Below are positions 1 to 10,171 of a stretch of 64,000 nucleotides of DNA, in pieces (positions within the stretch are counted from its first letter, which is position 1; every line of letters starts with the position of its first letter). The translations under genes were made by a program, and so were the position numbers. The notes beneath the pieces are model-generated. The model saw nothing but the letters and a program-made list of their open reading frames with translations, was not told the origin of the DNA and did not search any database. Source of the DNA: an uncultured bacterium (lineage in GTDB: Bacteria; Krumholzibacteriota; Krumholzibacteriia; LZORAL124-64-63); assembly GCA_937910695.1 (NCBI GenBank), contig CALEMW010000166.1, forward strand, positions 41,998 to 105,997, read 5' to 3'.

Positions 1-813
1 GGTGAAGTGGAGAACCCCGACGGCGTCGGTGAAGTGGGCTCGATGTCCTGCGGCGATGCGCTGCGTTTCACCTTCAAGCTCGGCGACGACGAACACATCG
101 CCCAGGCGAAGTTCCAGACCTTCGGCTGTGGCAGCGCCATCGCCTCGTCGTCCATGCTCACCGAAATGGTCATCGGCAAGACCCTCGAACAGGCAGCCCA
201 GATCACCAACGAGGACATCGCCGCGGAACTCGGCGGCCTGCCCCGCGAGAAGATGCACTGTTCGGTCATGGGCCGCGAAGCCCTCGAAGCCGCGATGATC
301 GACTACTACAAAAGGCTCGGCAAGGCCGTGCCCTGCACCCTGATCGCCCAGGACGTCGAGATCTGCCACTGCTTTCAGGTCAAGAAGTCGACCATCGTCA
401 AGGCCGTAGAACAGTACGGGCTGCGCGAGATCGAAGATGTGACCCACTACACCAAGGCCGGCGGTGGTTGCAGCCAGTGCCACCACGACATCCGCCACAT
501 CATCGACGACTTCTGGCAGCAGAAGGAACGCGGCGACGGCACCGTGGCCATCGAGGGCCTGCCCGTTGCGGCGGCGGACTCAGAGCGTACCGCTCGGATC
601 CGGGACCTCATCGAGAACGACATCGCCCGCGGCTTGCGCACCGACGGCGGCGATATCGAGCTGATCTCCGTGGAGGACCAAACGGTGAGCGTGCGTCTGA
701 CCGGCGCCTGCGCCAGTTGTCCGGCCAGCCAGGCCACCATCAAGGGCTGGGTCGAGGCCCAGCTTCGTGAGCACTTCGGTGAAGACATCGACGTCGTCGA
801 GGAGAGGTCGTGA
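1..813 (+). CDS. nifU: NifU-type Fe-S cluster scaffold protein (5' end lies outside the window)
   Basis: Frame 1 is open from base 1. Three modules read from the translation: IscU-like N-terminus (SMSCGDA, FGCGSAIASSS, KMHCSVMG), central BFD-like 2Fe-2S Cys motif (CHC...GGGCSQCHHD), C-terminal Nfu domain (TGACASCPAS). Stop overlaps the nifS start (GTGA, 810-813). Confidence 0.9.
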   Translation, partial: GEVENPDGVGEVGSMSCGDALRFTFKLGDDEHIAQAKFQTFGCGSAIASSSMLTEMVIGKTLEQAAQITNEDIAAELGGLPREKMHCSVMGREALEAAMIDYYKRLGKAVPCTLIAQDVEICHCFQVKKSTIVKAVEQYGLREIEDVTHYTKAGGGCSQCHHDIRHIIDDFWQQKERGDGTVAIEGLPVAAADSERTARIRDLIENDIARGLRTDGGDIELISVEDQTVSVRLTGACASCPASQATIKGWVEAQLREHFGEDIDVVEERS

Positions 814-2027
814 GCGGATTCAACCTTGCCGAAGGCCTTCCCGAGCGCCCCGAACGCGGCGTGTATTTGGACAACAACGCCACCACTTCGGTCGCCCCTG
901 AAGTGGTCGAGGCCATGCTGCCCTACCTCACGGAGTTCTACGGCAACCCCTCGAGCATGCATGGCTTCGGCGCCCAGGCCGGCAGGGCCCTCGATCTGGC
1001 CCGAGATCGGGTGGCTGCCATGATGGGGGCGGAGTCGGCCGGAGAGATCGTATTCACCAGCGGCGGATCGGAGAGCGACAACCTCGGTGTCACGGGCACC
1101 CTGCGCGCTTATCCCGAAAAACGTCATTTAATCACCTCCGCTGTGGAGCATCCGGCGGTGCTCGGCCTCTGTCGTGAACTGGAGAGCCGGCACGGCTACG
1201 AGGTGACCTATCTCGGCGTGGACGGCGAGGGCATGCTCGACCTTGACGAACTGCGCGCCTCCCTGCGCGACGATACGGCCGTGGTCAGCGTGATGGCGGC
1301 CAACAACGAGACGGGTGTGATCTTCCCCACCGAAGAGATCGGGGCCATCGTCAAAGAGCACGGCGCTGTCTACCATGTCGACGCCGTGCAGACGGCGGGC
1401 AAGCTGGCCCTGGATGTGGCGCGGTCCACCGCCGATCTCGTTTCCATATCCGGACACAAAATTCACGCCTGTAAGGGCGTCGGCGCCCTGTATGTACGTC
1501 GCGGCACCAAGCTGCGCCCGTTGATCGTCGGCGGGCACCAGGAGCGGGGACGTCGGGCCGGCACCGAAAACGTGAGTGGTCTGGTCGGCCTGGGCGTGGC
1601 CTGCGACCTGTCCGTTGCCCACCGCGACGACGAGAACACACGCGTCCGCGGCCTGCGCGACAGGCTGACCGAACGCATCGTCGGCACTGTTGCCGACTGC
1701 CGGCTCAACGGGCACGCCGAACGTCGGCTGCCGAATACGGCCAACATCAGTTTCGACTACATCGAAGGCGAGGGTATCCTGCTGCTGCTCGACCGCTGCG
1801 GAGTGGCCGCATCGAGCGGTTCGGCCTGCACCAGCGGTTCGCTGGAACCCTCCCATGTGCTCAAGGCCATGGGTGTGCCCTTCATCGCCGCACATGGTTC
1901 GATCCGGTTCTCCATGAGCCGTTACAACACCGAGGCGGACATCGACTACACCGTCGAGGTGATCCCGCGCATCGTCGAGCGCCTGCGCGCCATCACGCCT
2001 TTCGGGAAGCAGCGGCAGACCTTCTGA
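810..2027 (+). CDS. nifS: Cysteine desulfurase, NifS/IscS class (PLP-dependent)
   Basis: 405-aa ORF with the PLP-lysine motif SGHKIHACKGVGALY, the active-site loop SSGSACTSGS, and a class V aminotransferase N-terminus (YLDNNATT). Translationally coupled to nifU. Confidence 0.9.
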   Translation: MSGFNLAEGLPERPERGVYLDNNATTSVAPEVVEAMLPYLTEFYGNPSSMHGFGAQAGRALDLARDRVAAMMGAESAGEIVFTSGGSESDNLGVTGTLRAYPEKRHLITSAVEHPAVLGLCRELESRHGYEVTYLGVDGEGMLDLDELRASLRDDTAVVSVMAANNETGVIFPTEEIGAIVKEHGAVYHVDAVQTAGKLALDVARSTADLVSISGHKIHACKGVGALYVRRGTKLRPLIVGGHQERGRRAGTENVSGLVGLGVACDLSVAHRDDENTRVRGLRDRLTERIVGTVADCRLNGHAERRLPNTANISFDYIEGEGILLLLDRCGVAASSGSACTSGSLEPSHVLKAMGVPFIAAHGSIRFSMSRYNTEADIDYTVEVIPRIVERLRAITPFGKQRQTF

Positions 2028-2070
2028 CCCGCCAGCCCGTCACGGAGGAAGAGATGCTCGACCACACCGG

Positions 2071-2090
2071 GGCCGGTCCCGAGACCGGCC
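2071..2090 (+). terminator. Weak hairpin between nifS and mfd (possible terminator or attenuator)
   Basis: ggccggtc / ccga / gaccggcc: 8-bp GC stem with a 4-nt loop, followed by tcttcc, which is not a real T-tract. Confidence 0.25.
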
Positions 2091-2097
2091 TCTTCCA

Positions 2098-5000
2098 TTG
2101 AGCGGCCTGCTCGGCCGCATCATTCCCCAAGAGGTCCTGAACGAGGGCGTCGCGAGGGTGAGGTCCGCCTTGGCCCAGCCTACGGCTGGCCGGACGCCTC
2201 TGATTTCGGGACTCCACGGCTCCACGCCCTCGCTGCTGCTGGCCGCCTGGTTCGCCGCCGACCGCCGCACCGCTTTGCTTGTCGCCCCGAACCGCGAATC
2301 AGCTCTCCGCCTCGCCGACGATCTCGAAGCCTGGCTCGGTCCCGACGATGTGATCTACCTGCCCCCGCAGGAGGTCCCGGCCTTCGATCGCAACGCTCCC
2401 GATCCCGAACTTGTCGGCGGCGTCATCCACGGCCTCGACCGTCTCGCGCGGGGGGAAAAGGCTCTGGTCGTCACATCTCTCTACGGTGCTCGCCACCGGG
2501 GCATCGCCCCGGAACGGCTGGCGGGTCAGGCGCTGGGCCTCACGGCGGGATCGCGCATCGATCGGGTGACCCTCGGTGAACGCATGACAGCCATGGGTTA
2601 CCAGGGCGTCGGTGCCGTAGGCCGCACCGGAGACTTCGCAGTACGAGGCAGTCTGGTCGATGTGGCGGCTCCCGGCGGTCCGCCGGTGCGCATCGAATTC
2701 TTCGACGACGAGATTGTGTCTCTCCGCAGTTTCAGCGTATCCGACCAGCGTTCGACCGGCGCTGTGGAAACATTGCGTCTGCTCCCGGTCTCGCATCTGA
2801 TCGTCGACGACGACGGCGTGCTCGAAGCCCTCGGATGCCTCGAGGAAGCCGAGGCCGAAGGGCTGATCGACGGCGATGATCACGTCGATCTCGAAGCGCG
2901 CATCGAGGAACGCATTCACGGTGGCGGCATCGAAAGCTTTCTCCCGCTCTATGGCCCGACTGCATTGCCGGCCGCCTATCTGCCCCCCGACGCTCCCCTG
3001 ATCTGGCTCGACCCCGTGGGCTTGGCGGAGCAGGCCGACCTGCTCGACGAAGAGCTCGACGGCCTGCGCGAATCCCGCCTTCGGCACGATCCCTGGCTTC
3101 CCGAGCGGTCGGCTCTGGTGGCCGACCTCGAGGAGCTCGCGGCCCCGGAGCGGCCGTCGCTCTGGCTGACCGACGCCTGGGTCGCAGACGCGTCGGCGGC
3201 CGTCTGGCTCGATCGTACTCCCGATCTGCTGACGGTCCACGACACTCGCCGGCCGTCGCTCCGCGGCGGCGACGTGGCTGTCCTGGGCAGCACCCTGGGC
3301 GGTCTCGAGGCTGAAGGCTACCTCACCGCCATCCTATGCGACAACGCCGGTCAGGCCACACGCCTCGGCGAGTTGATCATGGAGCAGGATGGACCGGTGC
3401 CTGTCGCCTTGCCTACGGTCGGCCGTCTGGCCGAGGGTTTCGTCTGGCCCGAAATGCAGCTGGCGGTGGTGACCGATCATGAGTTCTTCGATCGTTATCA
3501 GCGCCCGACGCGGACGAGGTTCCGCGGTGAGGCCGTGGTCAAAGATTCGGGAAATCTGCGCCCGGGCGAATTCGTTGTGCACGTGGAGTACGGCATCGGC
3601 CGCTACCGGGGTCTGAGGCGCATCGCTGTCGAAGGCAGCGAACGCGAGTGTCTGCTGCTGGACTTCGCCGACGACGACAAGGTCTACGTGCCGGTGGAAA
3701 ACATCGATCTTGTCGAACGCTACAGCAACGACACCGCGGCTTCGCCGGGACTGAGCCGGCTCGGAACGGCTTCGTGGGCGCGGGTCACAAAGAAGGCGCG
3801 CAAGGCCATCCAGGCCATGGCGGCGGAGCTCCTCGAACTCTACGCCGCCCGTCAGAGCGAACCCGGCCATGCGTTTCCGCCCGACGGCGATCTGATGCGC
3901 TCGCTGGAGGAATCGTTCATCCACGACGAGACACCCGACCAGCTCACCTCGATCGCCGACGTGAAGAAGGACATGGAGGCGCCCCGCCCCATGGACCGGC
4001 TCGTTTGCGGCGATGTTGGCTACGGCAAGACCGAGGTCGCCATGCGGGCGGCCTTCAAGGCCGTCGAGGCGGGCCGGCAGGTCGCGGTGCTCTGTCCCAC
4101 GACCCTGCTCGCCCACCAGCACGGAGAGACCTTCGGGGAGCGGTTCCGCGACTTTCCCGCGAGCGTCGACGTCATGAGCCGTTTCAAGTCGGCCAAGGAG
4201 CTCAAGGCCATCACGGCCCGCATCGCGGCCGGCAAGCTGGACGTGCTCATCGGCACGCACCGACTGTTGTCACGTGACGTGAAGTTCAAGAACCTGGGCC
4301 TTCTGGTCATCGACGAAGAACACCGTTTCGGTGTGCGGCACAAGGAGCGGCTCAAGCAGTTGCGCAAGGAGGTCGACGTGCTGACCCTGAGCGCCACGCC
4401 CATTCCGCGCACGCTGTACCTGTCGCTCATGGGCGCTCGGGACATGTCTCTGATCAATACGCCGCCGCGGGATCGCCTGCCGATCCAGACGGAACTATGC
4501 GCCTTCAGCGAAGATGTTCTGAAGGAGGCCATCCTGCGCGAACTGCACCGCGGCGGGCAGGTATTCTTCGTGCACAACCGGGTCGAAACGATCCAGGGCA
4601 TGGCCGCCACACTCAAGAAGCTGTTGCCCAACGTGCGGGTCTGCATCGCCCACGGCCAGATGAAGGAAGACCAGCTCGAAAAGATCATGCGCTCGTTTCT
4701 CGCCCACGAATACGACGTGCTGGTCACCACGACGATCATCGAGTCGGGCCTCGACATGCCGCGGGTCAACACAATCATCATCGACCGCGCCGACCGCTTC
4801 GGGCTGGCCCAGCTCTACCAGATCCGCGGCCGTGTGGGCCGCTCGAGCCAGCGCGCCTTCGCCTACCTCACCACGCCACCGGGGGAGGTCCTCACCCCGG
4901 ACGCCCGTCGCCGGCTGGCCGCCCTGCAGGAGTTCCAGGCCCTGGGCTCGGGCTACCACATCGCCATGCGCGACCTCGAAATCCGCGGCGCCGGCAACAT

Positions 5001-5616
5001 CCTCGGCCAGCAGCAGCACGGCCATCTTGAGGCCATCGGCTTCGACCTCTACTGCCGTCTGCTCGACGAGGCCATCCGCGACCTCAAGGGGGGCGGGGCG
5101 AGCTCCCTGCTGGACGTGAAGGTAGATCTGCGTCTGCCGGCATACCTGCCCGACGACTACGTCAACGATCCCGAAACCAAGATGGAGCTCTACCGGCGCT
5201 TGGCGAGAGTCCGCGAAGAGCGGGCGTTCGGCTGGCTCCGCGACGAAATTCAGGACCGGTTCGGCCAGATGCCCCCTCCGGTGACCAATCTCCTGGACAT
5301 TTCCCGCATCCGCTTGTTGGCTGCCCGCAACGGTGTGGAAGAGGTTCGGGCGGGCCGGGCGGGGCTAAGTTTCTTTTTCGCTGGCGGTCGGGAGCCTTCC
5401 CCAACTATAATTCGCGGTTTGATGGGAACCGGGCCCAAGGGCCTGCAGTTCAAGGCCGTCGATCAATTCGTCATGAAGGTCCCCGCTGATCGTGATCAGC
5501 TCGGTGCCGCGGCATTCACCGTGCTCGACTTGGTCGATCGCCTCCGCTCGGAGGCGGGTGCCGACCAGGTTTCGTCGATCGGTCCAGGGGAATCATCCCG
5601 CAAGGAGAAGTCATGA
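2098..5616 (+). CDS. mfd: Transcription-repair coupling factor Mfd
   Basis: 1172 aa, TTG start. CarD/RNAP-interacting region (GEFVVHVEYGIGRY), superfamily-2 helicase motifs (GDVGYGKTEVA, LVIDEEHRFG, LTLSATPIPRTL, QLYQIRGRVGR) and a TRCF C-terminal domain. Confidence 0.95.
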   Translation: MSGLLGRIIPQEVLNEGVARVRSALAQPTAGRTPLISGLHGSTPSLLLAAWFAADRRTALLVAPNRESALRLADDLEAWLGPDDVIYLPPQEVPAFDRNAPDPELVGGVIHGLDRLARGEKALVVTSLYGARHRGIAPERLAGQALGLTAGSRIDRVTLGERMTAMGYQGVGAVGRTGDFAVRGSLVDVAAPGGPPVRIEFFDDEIVSLRSFSVSDQRSTGAVETLRLLPVSHLIVDDDGVLEALGCLEEAEAEGLIDGDDHVDLEARIEERIHGGGIESFLPLYGPTALPAAYLPPDAPLIWLDPVGLAEQADLLDEELDGLRESRLRHDPWLPERSALVADLEELAAPERPSLWLTDAWVADASAAVWLDRTPDLLTVHDTRRPSLRGGDVAVLGSTLGGLEAEGYLTAILCDNAGQATRLGELIMEQDGPVPVALPTVGRLAEGFVWPEMQLAVVTDHEFFDRYQRPTRTRFRGEAVVKDSGNLRPGEFVVHVEYGIGRYRGLRRIAVEGSERECLLLDFADDDKVYVPVENIDLVERYSNDTAASPGLSRLGTASWARVTKKARKAIQAMAAELLELYAARQSEPGHAFPPDGDLMRSLEESFIHDETPDQLTSIADVKKDMEAPRPMDRLVCGDVGYGKTEVAMRAAFKAVEAGRQVAVLCPTTLLAHQHGETFGERFRDFPASVDVMSRFKSAKELKAITARIAAGKLDVLIGTHRLLSRDVKFKNLGLLVIDEEHRFGVRHKERLKQLRKEVDVLTLSATPIPRTLYLSLMGARDMSLINTPPRDRLPIQTELCAFSEDVLKEAILRELHRGGQVFFVHNRVETIQGMAATLKKLLPNVRVCIAHGQMKEDQLEKIMRSFLAHEYDVLVTTTIIESGLDMPRVNTIIIDRADRFGLAQLYQIRGRVGRSSQRAFAYLTTPPGEVLTPDARRRLAALQEFQALGSGYHIAMRDLEIRGAGNILGQQQHGHLEAIGFDLYCRLLDEAIRDLKGGGASSLLDVKVDLRLPAYLPDDYVNDPETKMELYRRLARVREERAFGWLRDEIQDRFGQMPPPVTNLLDISRIRLLAARNGVEEVRAGRAGLSFFFAGGREPSPTIIRGLMGTGPKGLQFKAVDQFVMKVPADRDQLGAAAFTVLDLVDRLRSEAGADQVSSIGPGESSRKEKS

Positions 5617-7415
5617 CCTCGTTCTTCCGTACCCGACCGGCTGTTTCATCCCGGCTGGTCCCGATGTTCGTTTTGCTGCCGATTCTGGCCGCCGTCCTCT
5701 TCACCGGCTGTGGCGGGGGTGGAGACACCTCGGTGGTCGCCACCGTTGGGGACCGTGAAATCACCGCGGCCTATTTCGAGGACCGTCTTTCCAAGCTACA
5801 GGCGAACGAACTCCCCTTCGGCGAAGACGGTTTGATCGTCGACACCGCCACCAGCGAAGGCAAGATGGCCTTCCTGCAGATCATCGTGAACAAGGAATTG
5901 ATGGCCCTGAAAGCCTACGACCTCGGCTTCGGTGCCGATGATATGGTTACGGGCACTCAGACCGCGATCATCGAGTACAACGCGAGCCAGCTCATGCACG
6001 AAGAGCTGATCAAGGCGCCCGCCGAACAAGCGTCCGATGAAGACATCGACGCGTACTACGAGAAATTGGGCACCCAGCGCGACTATCACTTCATCATCTG
6101 CAACTTCCGTGACGACGCCGTCAAGGCCCGCGAAAAACTTCTGACCGGTGAACTGTGGGCGGACGTCGCCGACGAGTACAACGACGGTTCCAGGGGTCCC
6201 AACAACGACAACACGCTGCGCATGCAGTTCGGCCGCGTCGAAGACGTGTTCGAGGAAGCGTTGTTCAATCTGGAGATGGGCGAGATCAGCCAACCTCTCG
6301 AGACGGTCTACGGTTATTGGCTGCTGCGCCTCGATGCCGTATCCGACTACAAGCGGCCCCCCATGGACGATGCGCTGCGCCAGAAGATCCGCGAAACGAT
6401 CATCGCAAGGGCCGTGAACCTGAGCAGGTCGACCTTCCTCGCCGAAAGCCGTGCCCGCCATGGCTTCACCATGGACGAGACCGCTCTCTGGACCATCTAT
6501 CAAGGTATGCCCGAGTCCGAGGATCTTCTCGACCCGGTGACCAAGAAGCCGGTGCCGAATTCAGAACTGCAGCCTCTCGACGTTCCGACCACGGAATACG
6601 ATCGCGTGTTCTTCACCATCCAATTCGACCTCGACGGCGAGATCGAGACATGGACGGTGGGTGACTACAAGAACGCCTTTGACCAGATGAGCGTTTTCCA
6701 GCGGCCCAAACGAGGCGAATTGCTCGGCGGCGTCCGCAAGAAGATCCTCGCCGACATGATCGACCGCTCGTTGCTGACGGCCGAAGCCCGTGAGCGTGGC
6801 TACTACGAACGCGAAGAGGTCGTGGGCGAGGCCCGCAACAGGTCCGAGCAGGCGATGATCACCAAGCTCCACGAGGAAGTCGTGACGTTCAAGGAGCAGA
6901 TCACGCCCGAGGAGATGGACGAGTTCTGGGCGGCGCACAAGCAGGAGTACGTGAAGAACGAGATCCGCCGCGGCAAGATCGTCTTCACCCTGGATAAGGC
7001 TGCGGCCGAGGCGGCTCTGGCCGACGCCCGCAGCGGCAGGGACTGGGTGCAGATCCTCTCGGCTCACGGCGCCAATCCCGACAACAAGGCGGCCAACGGC
7101 GAGATCGAGGTCAACTCCAACGCCAGCGGATCGCTCCACGACACCATCTATGCCATGAACGAAATCGGCGGTATCTCCGAGCCCTTCCCGGTGCAGGGCG
7201 GCTGGGCCGTCGTGCGACTCGACGAGATCGAGCCGAGCCGCAACATGGAGCTCACCGAAGCCATCGATGCCATTAGCACGCGGATCAAGACGATCCGCAA
7301 GAACGACGCCTTGAACGATCTGTTGGCCCAGTGGACTTTGGAATACGGAGTCAAGATCAATGAAGATGCTTTGAACGCCACCCGTTCCTGGGAGACGTTG
7401 ACGAGCGCCGAGTAG
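5613..7415 (+). CDS. PpiD/SurA-family periplasmic chaperone or parvulin-type PPIase, probable lipoprotein
   Basis: 600 aa. Signal peptide ends in the lipobox-like LFTGC. Two parvulin-like segments (EISQPLETVYGYWLLRLD; GGISEPFPVQGGWAVVRLDE). ATGA overlap with the mfd stop; AAGGAG RBS at 5602-5607. Confidence 0.7.
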   Translation: MTSFFRTRPAVSSRLVPMFVLLPILAAVLFTGCGGGGDTSVVATVGDREITAAYFEDRLSKLQANELPFGEDGLIVDTATSEGKMAFLQIIVNKELMALKAYDLGFGADDMVTGTQTAIIEYNASQLMHEELIKAPAEQASDEDIDAYYEKLGTQRDYHFIICNFRDDAVKAREKLLTGELWADVADEYNDGSRGPNNDNTLRMQFGRVEDVFEEALFNLEMGEISQPLETVYGYWLLRLDAVSDYKRPPMDDALRQKIRETIIARAVNLSRSTFLAESRARHGFTMDETALWTIYQGMPESEDLLDPVTKKPVPNSELQPLDVPTTEYDRVFFTIQFDLDGEIETWTVGDYKNAFDQMSVFQRPKRGELLGGVRKKILADMIDRSLLTAEARERGYYEREEVVGEARNRSEQAMITKLHEEVVTFKEQITPEEMDEFWAAHKQEYVKNEIRRGKIVFTLDKAAAEAALADARSGRDWVQILSAHGANPDNKAANGEIEVNSNASGSLHDTIYAMNEIGGISEPFPVQGGWAVVRLDEIEPSRNMELTEAIDAISTRIKTIRKNDALNDLLAQWTLEYGVKINEDALNATRSWETLTSAE

Positions 7416-7484
7416 GCCCCCGCGTATCCTGAGCGCCGGGGGGGGAGTCGACCCCTCCGGCGTTCGCTTCAAAGGACATTGTCC

Positions 7485-8837
7485 ATGTCGAGATCCGTTA
7501 TTCCGTCGATCCTCGCCCGCGGGATCGTTGTTTCCATCGCGACGATCGTTTCGATCGCCGCCCTGTCGGCGCCGGGGTTCGCCCAGCCTGCTCCCGAGGC
7601 CCAGGGGGCTCCCGTCCTGGTGGACCGCATTCTCGGCATCGTGGACGAAGAGGCCATTTTGCAGAGCGAGATCGATCGCGAGGTCGCTCTTTACTTCCTG
7701 GAGGCGCGCAACGCCGGCCAGGAGGTCGACAAATCCGAGGCCGAAGTGCGTGCCGAAGTGCTCGATAGGCTCGTCGAGAGCAAGCTGATCATCGCCGCCG
7801 CCAGGCAGGAGGAAATCGAGATTTCCGACGAGGCCATCGGCCGCGAGGTCCAGGCCAATATCGATCAGCTCATCCGCTACTACGGTTCCGAGGCCGCTCT
7901 CGACCGGGCGCTGCGCGACGAAGGCATGAATCTCACCGACTACCGCAAACGCGCCCGCGGCCAACTCCGCGACCAACACTACATGCGGGCGGTCATCCAC
8001 CGTTTCATCCGTCCCAAGGTGGAGGTTCGGGAGGAAGAGGTCGACCTCTGGTATCAGGCGCACCTCGACGAGATTCCCGCCACGCCCGACAGCCTGACCC
8101 TGTCCGACATCCTCGTGCCCGTAGAGCCCGATGTCGAAGTCCAGCGCGAGGTGCAGCGCAAGCTGGGTGCCGTGTTGCAGCGTCTCGGCGAAGGTGTGGC
8201 TTTCGCCGACGTCGCACGTGATCTTTCCGAGGGACCGGCGGCCTCCAAGGGCGGACGCCTCGGCAAGGTTAGCAAGGGCGACTTGTTCAGCCGCGTCCTC
8301 GAGGATGCCGTCTTCACCCTGGGCGTCGGTGAATCGAGCCAGCCCGTCGTCACCGAACGCGGCATCCACATCGTGCGCGTGGACGCAGCGGACGGCGACG
8401 GCCGTGTGGTCAGCCAGATCTTCTTCCCCCTCCAGCTCGGCGAGGCCGATGTGGAGCGGGCCCACGCCGCCGCGCAGGCGATCCACGCCCGTCTCATAGG
8501 CGGGGAAGCCTTCGCCAAAGTGGCTGTTGAGACGAGCGCCGATCCGGCGTCGGCGCCCCAGGGGGGACGCCTCGGCACCTTCGCCATGACCGATCTCTCT
8601 GAGACCATCCAGGCGCAGCTCGCCGATGTCGCCGCGGGGGGGCTCACACCGCCGTTCCTCACGCCGGCCGGCTTTTACATCTTCCTGGTCCGCGACCGGG
8701 TCGCCGGGCACCGCTTCACCCTCGACGAAGTGCGCGATCGAGTGCGCCAGGCCGTCGAGTCGGAGAAGATGGAGATCGAACTGGCCAGTTATGTGACCGC
8801 TCTGCGTTCACGCTTCGTCGTCGACATCAAGGACTGA
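7485..8837 (+). CDS. surA: SurA-like periplasmic chaperone/PPIase with two parvulin domains
   Basis: Signal peptide (SIAALSAPGFAQP), SurA N-domain pattern (VDRILGIVDEEAILQSEID), two rotamase domains (GESSQPVVTERGIHIVRV; GGLTPPFLTPAGFYIFLVRD). ATG at 7485 preferred over TTG at 7479 because of AAAGGA spacing. Confidence 0.75.
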   Translation: MSRSVIPSILARGIVVSIATIVSIAALSAPGFAQPAPEAQGAPVLVDRILGIVDEEAILQSEIDREVALYFLEARNAGQEVDKSEAEVRAEVLDRLVESKLIIAAARQEEIEISDEAIGREVQANIDQLIRYYGSEAALDRALRDEGMNLTDYRKRARGQLRDQHYMRAVIHRFIRPKVEVREEEVDLWYQAHLDEIPATPDSLTLSDILVPVEPDVEVQREVQRKLGAVLQRLGEGVAFADVARDLSEGPAASKGGRLGKVSKGDLFSRVLEDAVFTLGVGESSQPVVTERGIHIVRVDAADGDGRVVSQIFFPLQLGEADVERAHAAAQAIHARLIGGEAFAKVAVETSADPASAPQGGRLGTFAMTDLSETIQAQLADVAAGGLTPPFLTPAGFYIFLVRDRVAGHRFTLDEVRDRVRQAVESEKMEIELASYVTALRSRFVVDIKD

Positions 8838-8862
8838 CCCGCCCGCGGGAGAAGGGGGGATC

Positions 8863-10068
8863 GTGCCCAGTCGCTTCGCCGGACGCCGTAACGTGATCGA
8901 CCGCCTGGTGCACCTGTACCGGATCGGCGATCTGGGACAGTCCTACCTCTTTCTCGGCCCAGAAGGCAGCGGCAAGGAGCTGACGGCCCTTGAAGTCGCC
9001 CGCCTGATCAACTGTCCGACTCCGGACGCTTGCGCCGACATTCCCAACTGCGAAAGCTGTCTCAAGGCTGTCACCTTCCAGCACCCGGATATCCGCTGGA
9101 TCGGACCGGCGCCCGCGTCGACCGGAGAAGCCGACACCACCCGATTGTTCGCAGCCAAGCAGGAAGATCCCTTTCATCAGCCTGCCTGGGCCTCGAGCAG
9201 CGAAGTCTTGATCGGCGACCCGGACCGCCCCGCACCGCTGACCGTCCGTTCCATTCTCCAATTCCTGCGCGTCAAGCCCTTCCAGGGCACGACCAAGGTG
9301 GCGGTGGTGGCCGACGCCCACCGGCTGCGCTCCGGAGCCGCCAACGCCTTCCTCAAGGTGCTCGAGGAGCCGCCGTCCGACGCCTTGATCCTGCTGCTCT
9401 CCTCGGTGCGCTCGGGAGTACTGCCCACGATCCAGTCGCGCTGTCAGAGGATTCCCTTCGGGCCGTACACAGAGCAGGAGCTCGCAGCCCTGCTCGGCGA
9501 ACTCTATGATCTCGACGCCGATCACGCCGCGACTCTGGCCAGACGCGGGGGTGGCAACGCCCGCCGGGCCGCGCGGCTGCGCCTGCCTCTGGCCCGCGTT
9601 CTGAGCGCCTGGGGTCAGCAACTGATACAATCGGTCCATGAGGACCGGTGCGGCACGGCCATGCTGGCTGCCGAAGCTCTGCACAAAGGTGTGCTGCCTG
9701 GCGGACTCGTGGAGAGGATCAACGAGGACGGAGGGGCCGGTACGCCCCTGCGCAACTCCCCGGTCAAGGAGCTGGCCGAGAAACGTGAACGCGCGATCCT
9801 GCTATGCGAGATCCTGCATCTGATCTACAGTGAGATCATGGGATGTCGTGTGCGGGGTGATGATTGGCGCCCGGCTCAACCCGCCGACGCCCCTTGGATC
9901 GCCTCGCTCGCCGCGGATCGATCCCCGGAATCGTTGCTGCGCGACATCGGGTCCCTAGAACGTGTGCGTCGCGACATCGAACGCAATTTGAACATCGGCC
10001 TGGTGACGGCCGTGCTCTTCCAGGAGCTGAGTCGACATGCCAGAGAAGACAGGACCACCCTCGTCTGA
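8863..10068 (+). CDS. holB: DNA polymerase III delta-prime subunit
   Basis: Degenerate Walker A (LFLGPEGSGKE), zinc module (CPTPDACADIPNCESC), AHRLRSGAANAFLKVLEEPP, sensor motif TIQSRCQRIPF. GTG start after the GAAGGGGGGA RBS. Confidence 0.85.
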   Translation: MPSRFAGRRNVIDRLVHLYRIGDLGQSYLFLGPEGSGKELTALEVARLINCPTPDACADIPNCESCLKAVTFQHPDIRWIGPAPASTGEADTTRLFAAKQEDPFHQPAWASSSEVLIGDPDRPAPLTVRSILQFLRVKPFQGTTKVAVVADAHRLRSGAANAFLKVLEEPPSDALILLLSSVRSGVLPTIQSRCQRIPFGPYTEQELAALLGELYDLDADHAATLARRGGGNARRAARLRLPLARVLSAWGQQLIQSVHEDRCGTAMLAAEALHKGVLPGGLVERINEDGGAGTPLRNSPVKELAEKRERAILLCEILHLIYSEIMGCRVRGDDWRPAQPADAPWIASLAADRSPESLLRDIGSLERVRRDIERNLNIGLVTAVLFQELSRHAREDRTTLV

Positions 10069-10171
10069 CCAACCGTCCCGCGAACGTTCCCGGGACGGGG
10101 AAAGTCACGACAGGAGCGATCCGTCTGTGAACGAACGCCGCGCCGCTGTCGAGGGTCGGGGAGTCGCCGAC

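Noticed and set aside
1-2027. nifU-nifS as the edge of a nitrogen-fixation island
   Set aside because: No nifHDK or other nif genes follow; mfd and housekeeping genes do. NifU/NifS pairs serve as the general Fe-S assembly system in many anaerobes and microaerophiles, which fits the ferredoxin oxidoreductase operon here.
6561-8711. 716-aa minus-strand ORF opposite the PPIase and surA genes
   Set aside because: Same GC3 mirror artefact. The sense strand encodes clear parvulin domains, and the antisense product has no motifs or signal features.
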